A stretch of DNA of 64,000 bases from Candidatus Amesbacteria bacterium (GCA_963736875.1 CAVTQH010000002.1:133294-197293); one strand, 5' to 3'; positions 40,494-52,802 are shown, counted from the stretch's first letter. A program made the numbers and translations. The notes: generated by a model not told the origin, from the letters alone.

Positions 40494-41149
40494 GGCGGGT
40501 TATCCCCCTGTTTATCCTTTTTGCCGGTATCTCGATTTTAGGCAGCGTTCTTTTTCCCATTGGGGGACAGGCTTTGGAATTTTTTCTTTTCCCCCGACCC
40601 GAGCTTCTTGATCCGACTCTGGTTTCCGCCTACCCCGCCCCCGTAGTAGTCACTTCTCTGGGAACCGCTTCTGACTATACCAGTGCTTCAAACTGGTTTA
40701 ATTCCGCCGTTTCCCTTCCTCCCGCCGCTGTTACTCCGATTACTTTTTTCACTATTTCCCTCCCCCGTCTTAAAATGCAGGACATTCCGGTTCAAATCAA
40801 CGGCTCTGATTTGAAAAAAAACGTCATTCATTATTCGGGTACCGCTCTGCCGGGTGACTATGGTAATACGGTCATTTTCGGCCACTCCGCTCTGCCCCAG
40901 TTTTACCGCCCGGGTAATCCTCTGACAGTTTTTAATCCCTTAATCAAGGCCAAAACCGGCGACGACATCTACATATCCTATGACGGTATCTCATATCATT
41001 ATCTGATCAGGAACATTACCGAAGTCAAACCCTCCCAAATTGAGGTGCTGGCCCAGAATTTTTCCCGTCATGACTTAACGCTTATCACCTGCACCCCGTT
41101 GGGAACTTACTGGCGCCGTTTCGTTGTCCGCGCCGAATTGGTTAAGTAA
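40490..41149 (+). CDS. Sortase-family transpeptidase
   Basis: N-terminal TM; catalytic His (IFGHSAL), LTLITCTP (TLxTC) and conserved Arg (RRFVVRA). Confidence 0.75.
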   Translation: MRRVIPLFILFAGISILGSVLFPIGGQALEFFLFPRPELLDPTLVSAYPAPVVVTSLGTASDYTSASNWFNSAVSLPPAAVTPITFFTISLPRLKMQDIPVQINGSDLKKNVIHYSGTALPGDYGNTVIFGHSALPQFYRPGNPLTVFNPLIKAKTGDDIYISYDGISYHYLIRNITEVKPSQIEVLAQNFSRHDLTLITCTPLGTYWRRFVVRAELVK

Positions 41150-41546
41150 TTCCGAAATACTTTTTCACTTTTTCAGGCCAGAGAGCAATTGCTTCTGCAG
41201 AAACAATATTTTTTACTTCGTCAATCTTTACCCAACCAGCTTTACTCAGGTCGCTACCCGCAGTCAACTTTTCCTGTCCGAATACCCTCACCTCATACCA
41301 GGCCAGACTGGTCCCATGGGGAGTAGTATTGGATTCCAGGAAAATAAAACCGTTAACTTTAATCCCCAATTCCTCAAGCGCTCCGCGTTTGATTGCATCA
41401 AGATCTTTTTCCCCTGGGTTTTTGGTTTCTCCCGGCAGGTGCCACATCTCTGACAAAAAACTTCCTTCCTTGCGGCTCTTTTTTCCTACTGCCACTTCGG
41501 TTCCGTCGCTTGAAAGAATTATCATTGCCACGGCTTCTTTGCTCAT
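41142..41546 (-). CDS. NUDIX hydrolase
   Basis: Nudix box PGETKNPGEKDLDAIKRGALEELGI. Confidence 0.7.
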   Translation of the reverse strand: MSKEAVAMIILSSDGTEVAVGKKSRKEGSFLSEMWHLPGETKNPGEKDLDAIKRGALEELGIKVNGFIFLESNTTPHGTSLAWYEVRVFGQEKLTAGSDLSKAGWVKIDEVKNIVSAEAIALWPEKVKKYFGIT

Positions 41547-41567
41547 CGGGGGGATTATAATACAGTC

Positions 41568-41945
41568 ATGAATTATTTAGGACTAGATTACGGGACGAGA
41601 CATCTGGGTATAGCCCTGGCCGCCGGCCCTTTGGCAGAACCGCTTACTTCCGTTGCCACTTCCGAAGCTTTCCGCATTCTTCCCCGTTTAATTGAGACCC
41701 ATCAGATAAAAAGCATCATTATCGGTCTGGCTGAAGGACCAATCCGCCCGGATCTTGAAAAATTCATTCACCGGTTAAAAATCCTGGGTTGTCCCGTAAT
41801 TACCCACGAAGAGACTTTATCCACCCGGGACGCTGTCAGAAGTCTTTTGCACACCACTAAATCCAGAAGAAAAGCCAGAGAGCATTCCGCGGCAGCCGCT
41901 CTGATTCTCCAATCCTGGCTTGACTCCGGACACCCCCGAGAGTAA
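41568..41945 (+). CDS. ruvX: RuvX/YqgF pre-16S rRNA nuclease (Holliday-junction-resolvase-like)
   Basis: LGLDYGTRHLGIALA N-terminus; RNase H-like fold. Confidence 0.85.
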   Translation: MNYLGLDYGTRHLGIALAAGPLAEPLTSVATSEAFRILPRLIETHQIKSIIIGLAEGPIRPDLEKFIHRLKILGCPVITHEETLSTRDAVRSLLHTTKSRRKAREHSAAAALILQSWLDSGHPRE

Positions 41946-41954
41946 AGTCAATTC

Positions 41955-42155
41955 ATGTTCAAAAATGTCATTGCTCCGGTTCAGGCCTGGCTTTTATCCC
42001 AGGGCAGATGTGTCGGTTGCGGTGCCGAGCTTTCGGAAGGCAAAAAAACCCAAAGCGACAAAGGTGACAAAATCACCTGCGGTAAATGCGGCCGGATTTT
42101 CATTAAGGACGCAACTACCGGAAAATATCGCCGCGCTCTCTTTGAGGAAGTATAA
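41955..42155 (+). CDS. Small zinc-ribbon protein (CVGCG...CGKCG) between ruvX and mltG
   Basis: 66 aa with two CxxC pairs. Small genes of unknown function sit between ruvX and mltG in other bacteria. Confidence 0.45.
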   Translation: MFKNVIAPVQAWLLSQGRCVGCGAELSEGKKTQSDKGDKITCGKCGRIFIKDATTGKYRRALFEEV

Positions 42156-42162
42156 TCACTTC

Positions 42163-43125
42163 GTGAAATATTTTTTTGCCGCTTTGCTGTTGCTTTTTGT
42201 TGTTATCCTGTCACTTGGTTTTTGGTATGGGTATCAGGTTTATTACAATCCCCGTCCTGCCGAAATACTGGTCCGGTTTTCCGTAGCTCCCAAAGAATCT
42301 GCCTCATCCATTATTTCCCGTTTAAAATCGGAAAATTTAATCCGGTCGGAAATTGCTATGAAAGTGTACCTTCGCCTTAATAATTTGGCCCAAAAATTAA
42401 AACCCGGCGGATATCAGATTTCGCGGGGTTTTACCCCCGAACGGATAATTGACGAACTTATCAAAGGCCCCAGGGATATTTGGGTTACCATTCCCGAAGG
42501 CTGGCGCAGGGAACAGATTGCCGCCCGTCTCAAAAACTCCCTAAAAAACTTCGATCCTTACGAATTCGACACTGTTTCAGCCCCTTACGAAGGGCAGCTG
42601 TTTCCCGACACCTATCTTATTCCTGCCGAGGCCATCTCCTCGGATATCCTGCAGATATTTCTCAAAAACTTTTCCAAAAAAACCGGCTTGAATCCGGCTG
42701 TGGCCGGGGATCGCCGGATTATGATTCTGGCTTCACTAGTCGAACGGGAAGCCAAATCCGACCCGGACAGGCAGATAATTGCCGGAATTCTTCAGAAACG
42801 TCTGGATAACAACTGGCCGCTTCAGGTGGATGCCTCTGTTCAGTATGCCGTTTCTACCAAATCCTGCATGGCTACCCCCATCGATCAGTGCGACTGGTGG
42901 CAGGAAATCTTCGATACCAAATATCCGTCGCTTTACAATACCTATCTGTATCCCGGCCTGCCTCCGGGCCCGGTATGCAATCCCGGTTTAGCCTCAATTA
43001 ATGCGGTCCGGGCACCGCAAACATCACCATATTGGTATTACATTACGGGATCAGACGGGATCACCCGGTATGCCGAAAACTTATCAGCACATAATCTTAA
43101 TATTGACAAATATTTAAAACCCTGA
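42163..43125 (+). CDS. mltG: Endolytic murein transglycosylase MltG/YceG (GTG start; N-terminal TM)
   Basis: YceG domain with LQVDASVQYAV. The in-frame GTG at 42163 lies just after the Zn-ribbon ORF stop. The tracked ORF start at 41920 would overlap ruvX and the Zn-ribbon gene. Confidence 0.8.
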   Translation: MKYFFAALLLLFVVILSLGFWYGYQVYYNPRPAEILVRFSVAPKESASSIISRLKSENLIRSEIAMKVYLRLNNLAQKLKPGGYQISRGFTPERIIDELIKGPRDIWVTIPEGWRREQIAARLKNSLKNFDPYEFDTVSAPYEGQLFPDTYLIPAEAISSDILQIFLKNFSKKTGLNPAVAGDRRIMILASLVEREAKSDPDRQIIAGILQKRLDNNWPLQVDASVQYAVSTKSCMATPIDQCDWWQEIFDTKYPSLYNTYLYPGLPPGPVCNPGLASINAVRAPQTSPYWYYITGSDGITRYAENLSAHNLNIDKYLKP

Positions 43126-43215
43126 TATAAACTTCAGCACTGTCTGTGGCTATCAAGTTAGCCAAGTTTGTTGCGCTTAAAGCGCCTTTTTGTTTTCTCA
43201 CCCTTAGATTACCAG

Positions 43216-46200
43216 ATGCCTAAATCAAGCCGTCTTTTTTGGGGAAAGACTTACCCTAGTCTCCCCACTTTAAACCTAAATCAACTTCAGAAGGATTCCT
43301 GGAAGTGGTTTCTTGAAAACGGGATTAAAGAAGGATTGGCTGAAATTTCCCCCGTCGAAGATTTTACAGGTAAAAATTGGGTATTGGAGTTTCACGGTTA
43401 TTCCGTGGAAAAACCCACTATTTCTCCCCACCAGGCTCTTTCAAAGGGACTGACTTTTTCCTCGGCTCTCCGGGTTTCCACAAAACTTACCAATCTTCAG
43501 ACTGCCAAATCCACTACCGGGGAAGTGTTTTTGGGAGATATTCCCCAAATGACCGACCGGGGCACTTTTATCGTCAACGGAGTTGAACGGGCGGTCATCA
43601 ATCAGATTGTCCGTTCACCCGGAGCTTATTTCGGAGCTGAATTGGATCCGGCCACCGGCCGGGTTTTACATACGGCCGAACTCAGACCGATCCGTGGTAC
43701 CTGGCTGGAGTTTGAAGTATCCCGTAATGACATCATTTCCGTTCGGATTGACCGGCGCCGGAAATTCGTTGCCACCACTCTTTTACGGGCCATGGGTTTG
43801 TCATCCGATGAACAGCTGACCGATCTTTTCAAAGAGGTCAGTACCGATCCCCAGCGCACTTATATTGAGAATACCCTGGCCAAAGACCCCACTCACAACA
43901 CTGAAGAAGCCTTAATCGAAATTTACAAAAAAATGCGCCCCGGAGAGCCGATTGTTTTGGATAACGCCCAAAAACTGCTTTTTGACCTCTTTTTCAACTC
44001 CCGCCGTTACGATTTAGGTCAGGTCGGGCGCTATAAGTTAAATAAAAAATTCGGCCTGGATTCGGATCAGCAGTTTCTGACCAGGGACGATCTGGTCATG
44101 GCAGTCAAATACCTCATAAATCTCCAAAACGGTCAGGGAAAAATCGACGATATTGATCACCTGGCCAACCGCCGCATCAGAAGTGTGGGTGAGTTGGTCA
44201 GCCAGACGGCTTTTCGCGACGGCCTTTTGCGTCTGGAAAGAACCATCAAGGAAAAGATGAGTCTTGTCTCCACCGAAGATTTGGTCTCCCCGACACAGTT
44301 GGTCAATGCCAGGCCTGTGATTGCTGCCATAAACGAGTTTTTCAGAAGTTCACAGCTTTCCCAAATTTTAGAACAAACAAATCCTCTTTCGGAAATTGAC
44401 CACTTGCGCCGTCTGACCGTCATGGGCAGAGGGGGAATTACCCGGGAACGGGCTTCATTCAGCATCAGGGATGTTAACAGCAGCCAGTACGGGCGCATCG
44501 ACCCCGTCCGTTCACCCGAGGGTACCAACATCGGTCTGGTTACTTATTTAGCCCTGTTCTCCCGGGTAAATCATCTGGGATTTCTTGAATCCCCTTACCG
44601 GAAATTAATCAAAGAAAAGGCGGGTGGGAAAACCCGGGTCAGGATCAGTGACGAAATAGTATATCTTTCCGCTGATGATGAAGAGGGATATCATGTCTCC
44701 CATGCCGATATTCATATCGACCCCAAAGGTTATATCCAGGAAGAATGGCTGCCCATCAGATACCAGGGTGACTTTTCCGAAGGTCCGGTTTCTGCAGTTG
44801 ACCTGATTGATGCTGTTCCCCGCCAGGTCGTCGGAGCTTCAGCCTCCCTGATTCCTTTTTTAGCAAACGATGCTGCCAACAGAGCCCTGATGGGTGCCAA
44901 TATGCAGACCCAGGCTGTCCCTCTTCTCCAGCCTGAAAGTCCGGTGGTGGGCACCGGTATGGAAAAAGACATCGCTTTTTCCATGGGCTGGTGTGTTTAC
45001 GTCCGCCACCCGGGCACCGTGACTTATGTCGACGCCGACAAAGTGGTGGTAAAACTGGACAAAAAACCCGAAAAAGCGGAACCTGAGGAAAACATTACTT
45101 TAAAAGGGGATACGGAAACATATTTCTTAACCAAATTTAAACGCACCTCTCAAAGTTCCTGTTTCAACCAGCGTCCGGTTGTGTCCATGGGTCAGAAAAT
45201 CACCAAAGGCCAGCTGATTATCGATGGTCCTGCAGCTGAAGGCGGGGAACTGGCTTTGGGAAGAAACCTGGTAATTGCTTATACCTCCTTCGAGGGTCTG
45301 GGATACGAAGATGCTATTGCCATTTCCGAACATTTGGTCCGGGATGATATTCTGACATCGATTCATATTGAAGAACACGAAGCGGATGTTGTCGATACCA
45401 AATTAGGTCCGGAGGAGCTGACCCGGGATATTCCGAATGTTGGCGAAATCTATCTGGCCAATTTGGATGCGGAAGGTGTTGTCACTATCGGGTCGGAAGT
45501 TAGTCCTAATGACATATTAGTCGGTAAAATCGCTCCCAAAGGAGAAACTGAACTATCCGCGGAAGAAAGGTTGCTCCGTGCAATATTCGGGGAAAAAGCC
45601 AGGGATGTCCGGGATACTTCCCTGCGTATGCCTCATGGCGAACGGGGAATTGTAGTTGAAGTTCAGATTTTGGACCGCGAAAGCGGAGACGAACTTCCCC
45701 CGGGAGTCAATAAACGGGTTATAGTCAAGGTCGCCCAGATCAGAAAAATCAGTGTCGGCGACAAACTGGCGGGACGCCATGGAAATAAAGGGGTAATCAG
45801 CCGGATTATTCCCGTCGCTGACATGCCTTATTTGCCCGATGGCACGCCGGTGGATATATTAATTTCTCCCATTTCCGTTCTTTCCCGGATGAATTTGGGA
45901 CAGCTTCTGGAAGCCCGTCTTGGATGGGCGATGAGTAAGCTTGGTAAAAAAGTGGCAGTTCCCGCTTTTGAAAAAATTCCTGAAGACCAAATTGCCCAAA
46001 GTATGTCTGAGGCCGATCTGCCGGTTTCCGGCAAGGTCACTCTCTATCACGGCCGGACCGGAAAACCTTTCGAAGAACCGACCGTGGTAGGTATCGGGTA
46101 CATTATGAAGCTTCACCACATGGTAGAAGATAAAACCCACGCCCGGTCTACCGGTCCTTACTCTCTGGTTACCCAGCAGCCACTGGGAGGCAAGGCCCAA

Positions 46201-46572
46201 ATGGGAGGACAGCGTTTGGGTGAAATGGAAGTTTGGGCCCTGGAAGCACATAAAGCCGCTCATACTCTTCAGGAAATGTTAACTATTAAGTCGGATGACG
46301 TGGTGGGACGGGCCAAGGCTTTCGAGGCCATCGTTAAAGGTACCGAAATTCCCACCAGTTCTGTTCCCGAATCATTTAATGTTTTGGTCAAGGAATTACA
46401 AAGTTTGGGGTTACAGGTCATCCCCCTGGGAGTCAAAATCAAATCCGATACCGCATCCGCTCCCGCAGACGATAGTATTGTTGCCGACAGCGCCGTTCAT
46501 TCCACCGCTTTCAGTACCATAGTTGCGGCGGATTTGACCGGGGATTCTTTAGATACCAAGGAGGAACTCTGA
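43216..46572 (+). CDS. rpoB: DNA-directed RNA polymerase beta subunit
   Basis: About 1118 aa; full rpoB sequence. An upstream Met at 43168 is also possible. Confidence 0.95.
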   Translation: MPKSSRLFWGKTYPSLPTLNLNQLQKDSWKWFLENGIKEGLAEISPVEDFTGKNWVLEFHGYSVEKPTISPHQALSKGLTFSSALRVSTKLTNLQTAKSTTGEVFLGDIPQMTDRGTFIVNGVERAVINQIVRSPGAYFGAELDPATGRVLHTAELRPIRGTWLEFEVSRNDIISVRIDRRRKFVATTLLRAMGLSSDEQLTDLFKEVSTDPQRTYIENTLAKDPTHNTEEALIEIYKKMRPGEPIVLDNAQKLLFDLFFNSRRYDLGQVGRYKLNKKFGLDSDQQFLTRDDLVMAVKYLINLQNGQGKIDDIDHLANRRIRSVGELVSQTAFRDGLLRLERTIKEKMSLVSTEDLVSPTQLVNARPVIAAINEFFRSSQLSQILEQTNPLSEIDHLRRLTVMGRGGITRERASFSIRDVNSSQYGRIDPVRSPEGTNIGLVTYLALFSRVNHLGFLESPYRKLIKEKAGGKTRVRISDEIVYLSADDEEGYHVSHADIHIDPKGYIQEEWLPIRYQGDFSEGPVSAVDLIDAVPRQVVGASASLIPFLANDAANRALMGANMQTQAVPLLQPESPVVGTGMEKDIAFSMGWCVYVRHPGTVTYVDADKVVVKLDKKPEKAEPEENITLKGDTETYFLTKFKRTSQSSCFNQRPVVSMGQKITKGQLIIDGPAAEGGELALGRNLVIAYTSFEGLGYEDAIAISEHLVRDDILTSIHIEEHEADVVDTKLGPEELTRDIPNVGEIYLANLDAEGVVTIGSEVSPNDILVGKIAPKGETELSAEERLLRAIFGEKARDVRDTSLRMPHGERGIVVEVQILDRESGDELPPGVNKRVIVKVAQIRKISVGDKLAGRHGNKGVISRIIPVADMPYLPDGTPVDILISPISVLSRMNLGQLLEARLGWAMSKLGKKVAVPAFEKIPEDQIAQSMSEADLPVSGKVTLYHGRTGKPFEEPTVVGIGYIMKLHHMVEDKTHARSTGPYSLVTQQPLGGKAQMGGQRLGEMEVWALEAHKAAHTLQEMLTIKSDDVVGRAKAFEAIVKGTEIPTSSVPESFNVLVKELQSLGLQVIPLGVKIKSDTASAPADDSIVADSAVHSTAFSTIVAADLTGDSLDTKEEL

Positions 46573-46573
46573 T

Positions 46574-49500
46574 ATGCCACAGGCAAAAACACCGGCTTAT
46601 TCGGATTCTTTTAAAAACATTCTTGATTTTACGGGTCTGCAATTAAAACTTGCCTCTCCTGAAGTCATTAAAACCTGGTCTCATGGGGAAATTACCAAAC
46701 CGGAAACAATCAATTACCGCACCCTTCGACCGGAAAAAGACGGGCTTTTTGATGAACGGATTTTCGGTCCGGTAAAAGACTGGGAATGTTATTGCGGCAA
46801 ATACAAACGTATCCGCTATAAGGGTATAGTTTGTGATAAGTGCGGAGTTGAAGTTACTCACTCCCGGGTTCGCCGTGAACGCATGGGTCATATTACCCTG
46901 GCTTGTCCGGTATCCCATGTTTGGTATTTCAAAGGTTCACCGTCACGGCTTTCACTGCTTTTGGACATTGCTCCCAAAGCTCTTGAATCGGTGATTTACT
47001 TTGCCCAATATATCGTCATTTCGGTTGACGAATCCCAAAAGCAGAAAACCCTCACCCGGTTACAGAAAGAGATGCTCGGGAAAAAAGAAGATATCAGCAC
47101 GGAATCCGCCAAAAAAATTACCGATCTCGAAAAAGGTTCTGCCAAAGAAGAGTCGGCAATCAAAGCCCAGAATTTGAGTGAGGATGCCCTCGCCATGGCC
47201 CTGGAACAGCTTCGTTTAAAGTCCAAACAGGCCGTGCAAAACCTGAAAGATCAGGAAACACTGGAGATTGAAAAAGTGGCCAGTCTGTACCAGCGTCTGG
47301 TGGATATTGTGCAGAGCACCAAATCAACCAGTGTCATCAGCGAAGATGAATACTTAAAGCTTCTGGAATACAATGCCATCGATTTTGCCACGCTCGGCAT
47401 GGGAGCGGAAGCTCTTCTGGAAGTCATTAAAAATCTTGATTTACCCACTCTGGCTAACGAGCTTCGCCAGGAAGTAATCAATACTTCCGGTCAGCGTCAT
47501 ATCAAAGCCACCAAGAGATTACGGGTGGCAGACGGTCTGCGCCGGGCCGACATCAGCCCTTCCTGGATGATACTTAAAACTCTTCCTGTTATTCCGCCGG
47601 ATCTTCGCCCCATGGTTCAGCTCTCCGGAGGCCGGTTTGCCACTTCGGATCTGAATGATTTATACCGCCGGGTGATAAATCGTAATAACCGGCTCAAACA
47701 TTTAATTGACCTGGGGGCTCCGGAAATTATTTTAAGAAATGAAAAACGTATGCTTCAGGAAGCGGTTGATGCGCTGATTGATTCTTCCCAGCGTACCGCC
47801 AGAAGCACCCGTGTTCCCGTCCAGGCAAAATCCAAATCCCTGTCTGATATTTTGCGCGGTAAACAGGGCAGATTCCGCCAAAATCTTTTGGGAAAACGGG
47901 TCGATTATTCCGGCAGGTCGGTTATCGTTGTCGGTCCGGAATTAAAAATCAATCAGTGCGGTTTGCCCAAAGAAATGGCTTTGGAGATGTTTAAGCCTTT
48001 CGTATTAAGACAAATGATTGTCCAGGGGTTAGCTCCCAACGTCAAATCCGCAAAAAATCTGCTGGAATCAAGACCACCCGAAGTTTTTGATATTTTGGAA
48101 AGTATTACCAAAAACCATCCGGTGCTTTTAAACAGAGCCCCCACACTGCATAAGCTGTCAATTCAGGCTTTTTATCCGATTCTCATCGAGGGATCGGCCA
48201 TCCATATCCATCCCTGTATCTGTGCCGGTTTTAACGCCGACTTTGACGGAGACCAGATGGCGGTTCATGTTCCTTTGAGCAAAGAGGCAATTGAAGAAGT
48301 TGAGGAGTTAATGACCCCCCAGAGTAACCTGCGAAAACCCGCGGACGGTACTCCGATATCAGTCCCTTCCACCAAGGAAATTGCCCTGGGTTTTTACTAC
48401 CTGACTTCCACGGATCCCAGACTGAGTCTTCACCCGGGGATATTTAGCAACAGTGAAGAAGCCATTGTTGCCTACCACACCGGGCATATCAGACTCCGGC
48501 AGGAAATTAAAGTGGTAATAGACAAAAAAATACTGCAGACCACCGTTGGCCGGATTCTGTTTAACGAGAAACTCCCGGGGGAGTTGCAGTTTGTTAATGA
48601 AGCCGTCAAAAGAGCTACCATGGTTAAACTTTTTGATAAAGCCTTTAAATTATTTGACGCATCTACCATTGCCAAATTAATTGATGACATTAAAAATATC
48701 GGATTTTGGGCAGGAACTCTGTCGGGCATCTCGGTCAGTATCACCGACTGTATTATCTCTCCCAAAAAAGAGGAAAACATTGCATTAGCCAATTCCCGCG
48801 TGGTGGAAATCAACTCCAATTTCTCCATGGGTCTGATAACCGCCGAGGAAAGACGCCGTCTTACCCAGGAAGTATGGTTGGACACCACCGAAACATTAGC
48901 CGACCAGACATGGCAGCTTTTTGATGAAAATAATCCCATCAGGATTATTATTGATGCCGGAGCGGGTAAGGCATCAAAGGAACAGGTTCGTCAGCTTTCG
49001 GCCATGAGAGGTCTGGTGGTTGATCCCCTGGGCAGAATTGTGGACTTACCTCTGAAAAGTAATTATCGTCAGGGCTTCTCTTCTTTTGAATATGTTTCAG
49101 CCGCCCGCGGAGAACGTAAAGGCCTTTCCGATACCGCTGTCCGCACAGCCGACGCCGGTTACCTGACACGCCGTTTAGTCGACGTGGCCCACGACGCCAT
49201 CATCAGGATCCAGGACTGTGCCACCAAAAACGGACTTACCATTTACAAAAATAACCGACGGGCAAAATCTTTTTCGAGCCGGATTTTCAGCCGGGTGTTG
49301 GCAGCCAATATAGTCTCTCCCAAAACTAAAAAAGTTCTGATTCCCAAAGGCGAAATCCTTGACGATCAAAAAGTGGAGCAGATTATTTCCGAGGGTATTG
49401 AAGAAGTAACAGTCAGGTCCCCGCTCACCTGTGAAGCCAAATATGGGATATGTGCCACCTGCTATGGGTGGAGTTTGGCCAGTATGGCTATGGCTCAGAT

Positions 49501-50311
49501 CGGGGATCCGGTGGGAGTCATCGCCGCCCAGAGTATCGGTGAGCCGGGAACTCAGATGACCCTTCACGGTAAAAGAGGCGGTTTGTCGGTGGGAAGCATT
49601 GACGTGACTCAGGGTTTGCCCAGGGTCGAAGAATTATTCGAAGCCCGGACTCCGAAACTGGTCTCACCTCTGGCTGAAATTTCCGGTAAAGCCGAGGTCA
49701 TGGAAACCGATGAGGGTTACAAGGTGCGTATCAGAAACACTTCGGTTAAGCCCATTGAAGAAAGGGAATATATCATTCCTCTGGCTGCCGAGCTCAAAGT
49801 GGCCGACGGAAATTTGGTCACGGCAGGGGAGCAACTGGCTTCGGGATCCCTGGATATTAAGGAAGTACTGGAGGTCAGGGGTTTGCGCGGATCCCAGGAA
49901 TATCTGATCGAAGAGATTCAGCTGGTTTATGAATCTCAGGGTGTACCGATTCAGGATAAGCATTTCGAAGTCATCGTCCGGAAAATGAGTGATCGGGTAA
50001 GAATTCTCTCCCAGGGGGATACTATTCTTCTTCCCGGTGACATTATCGACCGTGCGGCTTTTGAAACTGAAAACACCAAGGTCTTGGCAGCGGGAGGAGA
50101 ACCGGCTACCGCCCAGGTAGTCGTTCTGGGAATCACCCGGGCTGCCCTCAAAACCAGTTCCTGGCTGTCAGCGGCTTCATTTATTGAAACCACTTCCCAG
50201 CTGGCTGAAGCCGCGGTTGAAGGTAAAATTGATACCCTTATAGGTCTTAAGGAAAACGTGATTATCGGGCGGTTAATTCCTACCAGCCCGGAGCGGGCAG
50301 CTATCCTTTAA
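46574..50311 (+). CDS. rpoC: DNA-directed RNA polymerase beta' subunit
   Basis: 1245 aa; Zn-binding CxxC..CxxC, NADFDGD active site. Confidence 0.95.
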   Translation: MPQAKTPAYSDSFKNILDFTGLQLKLASPEVIKTWSHGEITKPETINYRTLRPEKDGLFDERIFGPVKDWECYCGKYKRIRYKGIVCDKCGVEVTHSRVRRERMGHITLACPVSHVWYFKGSPSRLSLLLDIAPKALESVIYFAQYIVISVDESQKQKTLTRLQKEMLGKKEDISTESAKKITDLEKGSAKEESAIKAQNLSEDALAMALEQLRLKSKQAVQNLKDQETLEIEKVASLYQRLVDIVQSTKSTSVISEDEYLKLLEYNAIDFATLGMGAEALLEVIKNLDLPTLANELRQEVINTSGQRHIKATKRLRVADGLRRADISPSWMILKTLPVIPPDLRPMVQLSGGRFATSDLNDLYRRVINRNNRLKHLIDLGAPEIILRNEKRMLQEAVDALIDSSQRTARSTRVPVQAKSKSLSDILRGKQGRFRQNLLGKRVDYSGRSVIVVGPELKINQCGLPKEMALEMFKPFVLRQMIVQGLAPNVKSAKNLLESRPPEVFDILESITKNHPVLLNRAPTLHKLSIQAFYPILIEGSAIHIHPCICAGFNADFDGDQMAVHVPLSKEAIEEVEELMTPQSNLRKPADGTPISVPSTKEIALGFYYLTSTDPRLSLHPGIFSNSEEAIVAYHTGHIRLRQEIKVVIDKKILQTTVGRILFNEKLPGELQFVNEAVKRATMVKLFDKAFKLFDASTIAKLIDDIKNIGFWAGTLSGISVSITDCIISPKKEENIALANSRVVEINSNFSMGLITAEERRRLTQEVWLDTTETLADQTWQLFDENNPIRIIIDAGAGKASKEQVRQLSAMRGLVVDPLGRIVDLPLKSNYRQGFSSFEYVSAARGERKGLSDTAVRTADAGYLTRRLVDVAHDAIIRIQDCATKNGLTIYKNNRRAKSFSSRIFSRVLAANIVSPKTKKVLIPKGEILDDQKVEQIISEGIEEVTVRSPLTCEAKYGICATCYGWSLASMAMAQIGDPVGVIAAQSIGEPGTQMTLHGKRGGLSVGSIDVTQGLPRVEELFEARTPKLVSPLAEISGKAEVMETDEGYKVRIRNTSVKPIEEREYIIPLAAELKVADGNLVTAGEQLASGSLDIKEVLEVRGLRGSQEYLIEEIQLVYESQGVPIQDKHFEVIVRKMSDRVRILSQGDTILLPGDIIDRAAFETENTKVLAAGGEPATAQVVVLGITRAALKTSSWLSAASFIETTSQLAEAAVEGKIDTLIGLKENVIIGRLIPTSPERAAIL

Positions 50312-50337
50312 TTTATTATCGAATATAATTAATCCTC

Positions 50338-50772
50338 ATGCCGACTGTTAACCAACTAATCAGAAAACCCCGCCGCCTGAAAATTAAAAAAATTAAGGCT
50401 ACGGCTCTCCGCCGTTCATTTAATGCCAAAGACCGGCGTTTTGTGCAGACGGTTAACCCCTTTAAAAGAGGAGTGGTCACCATTGTCAAAACCATGACTC
50501 CCAAAAAACCCAACTCTGCTTTGAGAAAAATTGCCCGGGTAAGACTGTCCAACAAAACGGAAGTTACGGCTTATATTCCCGGTATCGGCCATAATATTAC
50601 CGAGCACGGAATCGTTCTGGTCAGAGGCGGCAGGGTTAAAGACCTACCCGGAGTAAAATATCACATTATCAGGGGGAAGTTTGATTCCGGCGGGGTGGAA
50701 AATCGTAAACAGGGAAGATCTAAATACGGGACTAAAACCGTCTCCGGTCCCAAAGTTGCAGCTGCCAGCTGA
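50338..50772 (+). CDS. rpsL: 30S ribosomal protein S12
   Basis: 144 aa; S12 sequence. Confidence 0.95.
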   Translation: MPTVNQLIRKPRRLKIKKIKATALRRSFNAKDRRFVQTVNPFKRGVVTIVKTMTPKKPNSALRKIARVRLSNKTEVTAYIPGIGHNITEHGIVLVRGGRVKDLPGVKYHIIRGKFDSGGVENRKQGRSKYGTKTVSGPKVAAAS

Positions 50773-50783
50773 CGGCCACAAAT

Positions 50784-51260
50784 ATGCGTTCAAAACCAGC
50801 TCCCATCAAAAACCTTACACCCGACCCTGTCTACAACTCGGTTATGATCACCAAACTCATTAATCGGGTAATGAAAGACGGAAAAAAGAATGCCGCTCAA
50901 AAACAGATATATCAGGCTATGGACCTGATCAAAGCCAAAACAGACCAGGAGCCCCTGTCGTTTTTCCAAACCGCTCTCGACAACATCAGACCTCAAATGG
51001 AAGTCCGCGCCCGCAGGATCGGAGGAGCAGCCTACCAGGTCCCCGTTCCGGTTCGGGGACCGCGAAAAGACTCCCTGGCTATCCGCTGGTTGATTTTTGC
51101 AGCCAAAAGCCGTCCCAGCACGGAATTTCATACTTTTGCCGAAAAACTCACCGCGGAGCTGATCGATGCGGCAAACAATACCGGTACGGCGGTCAAGAAA
51201 AAGTTAGATACTCATCGCATGGCTGAGGCAAATAAAGCTTTTGCTCATTTCAGGTGGTAA
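50784..51260 (+). CDS. rpsG: 30S ribosomal protein S7
   Basis: 158 aa; S7 sequence. Confidence 0.95.
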   Translation: MRSKPAPIKNLTPDPVYNSVMITKLINRVMKDGKKNAAQKQIYQAMDLIKAKTDQEPLSFFQTALDNIRPQMEVRARRIGGAAYQVPVPVRGPRKDSLAIRWLIFAAKSRPSTEFHTFAEKLTAELIDAANNTGTAVKKKLDTHRMAEANKAFAHFRW

Positions 51261-51264
51261 TCAT

Positions 51265-51864
51265 ATGAGTCATTACACCGGACCCAAAAACCGTTTATCC
51301 CGCCGCGAGGGATTCGATCTGTTCGGCAAAGGGAACAAATTACGCCGGAGCCAGGTTCCTCCCGGACAGCACGGAGCAAAGGGGAAAGCCCGGCTTTCTG
51401 ACTTCGGGGAACAGTTGCGCGAAAAGCAGAAAACTAAGAGAATTTATGGTATAATTGAAGGCCAGTTCAGAGGGTACTTTGAAAAAGCCAAAAAAGTTCG
51501 TGGCAAGACGGGTGAGCATCTGCTCGGTCTCTTGGAAACCAGGCTTGATAACGTCATATATCGCCTGGGATTTACTCCCACCCGGTCCATGGCCAGACAG
51601 CTTGTTTCCCACGGACACGTCCTGGTTAACGGTAAAGTTGTAAATTTCCCTTCCTACCAGACGGTAGCCGGGGAAACCATATCTCTTACCCGGACAGCCA
51701 TAGATATCCCTCAAGTAAGTTCCCGCCTGGCAAATTCCGAAATTAATCTCCCTGCCTGGCTTAAGCGTTCCGGCCCTCAGGGGCAGATTGTTGGCTCGCC
51801 CAAAAGGGAGGACATCGACAGCCCGATAAATGAGCAACTCATCGTGGAGTTTTACTCCCGCTGA
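51265..51864 (+). CDS. rpsD: 30S ribosomal protein S4 (start at MSHYTGPK)
   Basis: S4 N-terminal region and S4 RNA-binding domain. Confidence 0.9.
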   Translation: MSHYTGPKNRLSRREGFDLFGKGNKLRRSQVPPGQHGAKGKARLSDFGEQLREKQKTKRIYGIIEGQFRGYFEKAKKVRGKTGEHLLGLLETRLDNVIYRLGFTPTRSMARQLVSHGHVLVNGKVVNFPSYQTVAGETISLTRTAIDIPQVSSRLANSEINLPAWLKRSGPQGQIVGSPKREDIDSPINEQLIVEFYSR

Positions 51865-51876
51865 CAAACAAAAATT

Positions 51877-52794
51877 ATGATCAAACCCCAATTTACCATC
51901 AAAACCGAAGAAGAAAAACCGGAATATTCCAGGTTTATTATCGAACCTTTACCGCAGGGATTTGGTGACACTTTGGGTAATGGCTTAAGAAGGGTTTTAT
52001 ATACTGCAATCAGCGGATCGGCTATCACCAGCGTAAAAATCAGCGGGGTAAACCATCAATTTACCACCCTCGAGGGTCTGCGCGAGGACGTTGTCCAGCT
52101 CATCCTTTCTCTAAAACAGGTCAGACCCAGATATGCTGGTGACAAACCGGCAAAAATCACCCTGGAAGCGGTTGGTCCCGGAGAAATTACTGCTTCCCGG
52201 TTTGATACTCCTCCTGATGTTGTTATTACCAACCCGGATTTGGTGCTGGCACATCTGGCGGACAAAAATTCCAAACTGGAATTGGAAGCTACGGTGGAGT
52301 CGGGATTCGGTTACTCGGCGGCCGAAGAAAGAAAAAGTACCACCATCGGGGTTATTCCCATGGACGCCACTTTTACTCCGGTAATCAGGGTGAATTATCA
52401 TGTGGAAGCTACCCGGGTCGGCCGGATTACCGATTTTGACAAACTTATTCTGGAAATTTTTACCGACGGTACGGTTTCTCCCAAAGATGCGCTGGTTTCT
52501 GCAGCCCAGACTCTGGTTGATTACTTTTCCGGGATCGTAAACCCCGAATCCCCTGATGTTTTATCTCCCCTTTCATCTACTTCTAACCGGCCGCCGGTAG
52601 GTTCAAATATTTCCGTCGAGGAATTGGATTTACCCACCCGCATTGCCAATGCTCTCCAAAAAGCCGGTTTTCAGACGGTAGCCGATCTCTTGGCAGTATC
52701 CAAACCTCAGTTATCCAAGGTCAAAAATCTTGGCGGCAAGTCGGTAGATATTATTGAAAAGGCGCTTAAAGAGCGCGGTTTTGAACTTGCCTAA
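51877..52794 (+). CDS. rpoA: DNA-directed RNA polymerase alpha subunit
   Basis: 305 aa; NTD and CTD recognisable. Confidence 0.9.
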   Translation: MIKPQFTIKTEEEKPEYSRFIIEPLPQGFGDTLGNGLRRVLYTAISGSAITSVKISGVNHQFTTLEGLREDVVQLILSLKQVRPRYAGDKPAKITLEAVGPGEITASRFDTPPDVVITNPDLVLAHLADKNSKLELEATVESGFGYSAAEERKSTTIGVIPMDATFTPVIRVNYHVEATRVGRITDFDKLILEIFTDGTVSPKDALVSAAQTLVDYFSGIVNPESPDVLSPLSSTSNRPPVGSNISVEELDLPTRIANALQKAGFQTVADLLAVSKPQLSKVKNLGGKSVDIIEKALKERGFELA

Positions 52795-52802
52795 AGTGAA
52801 AC

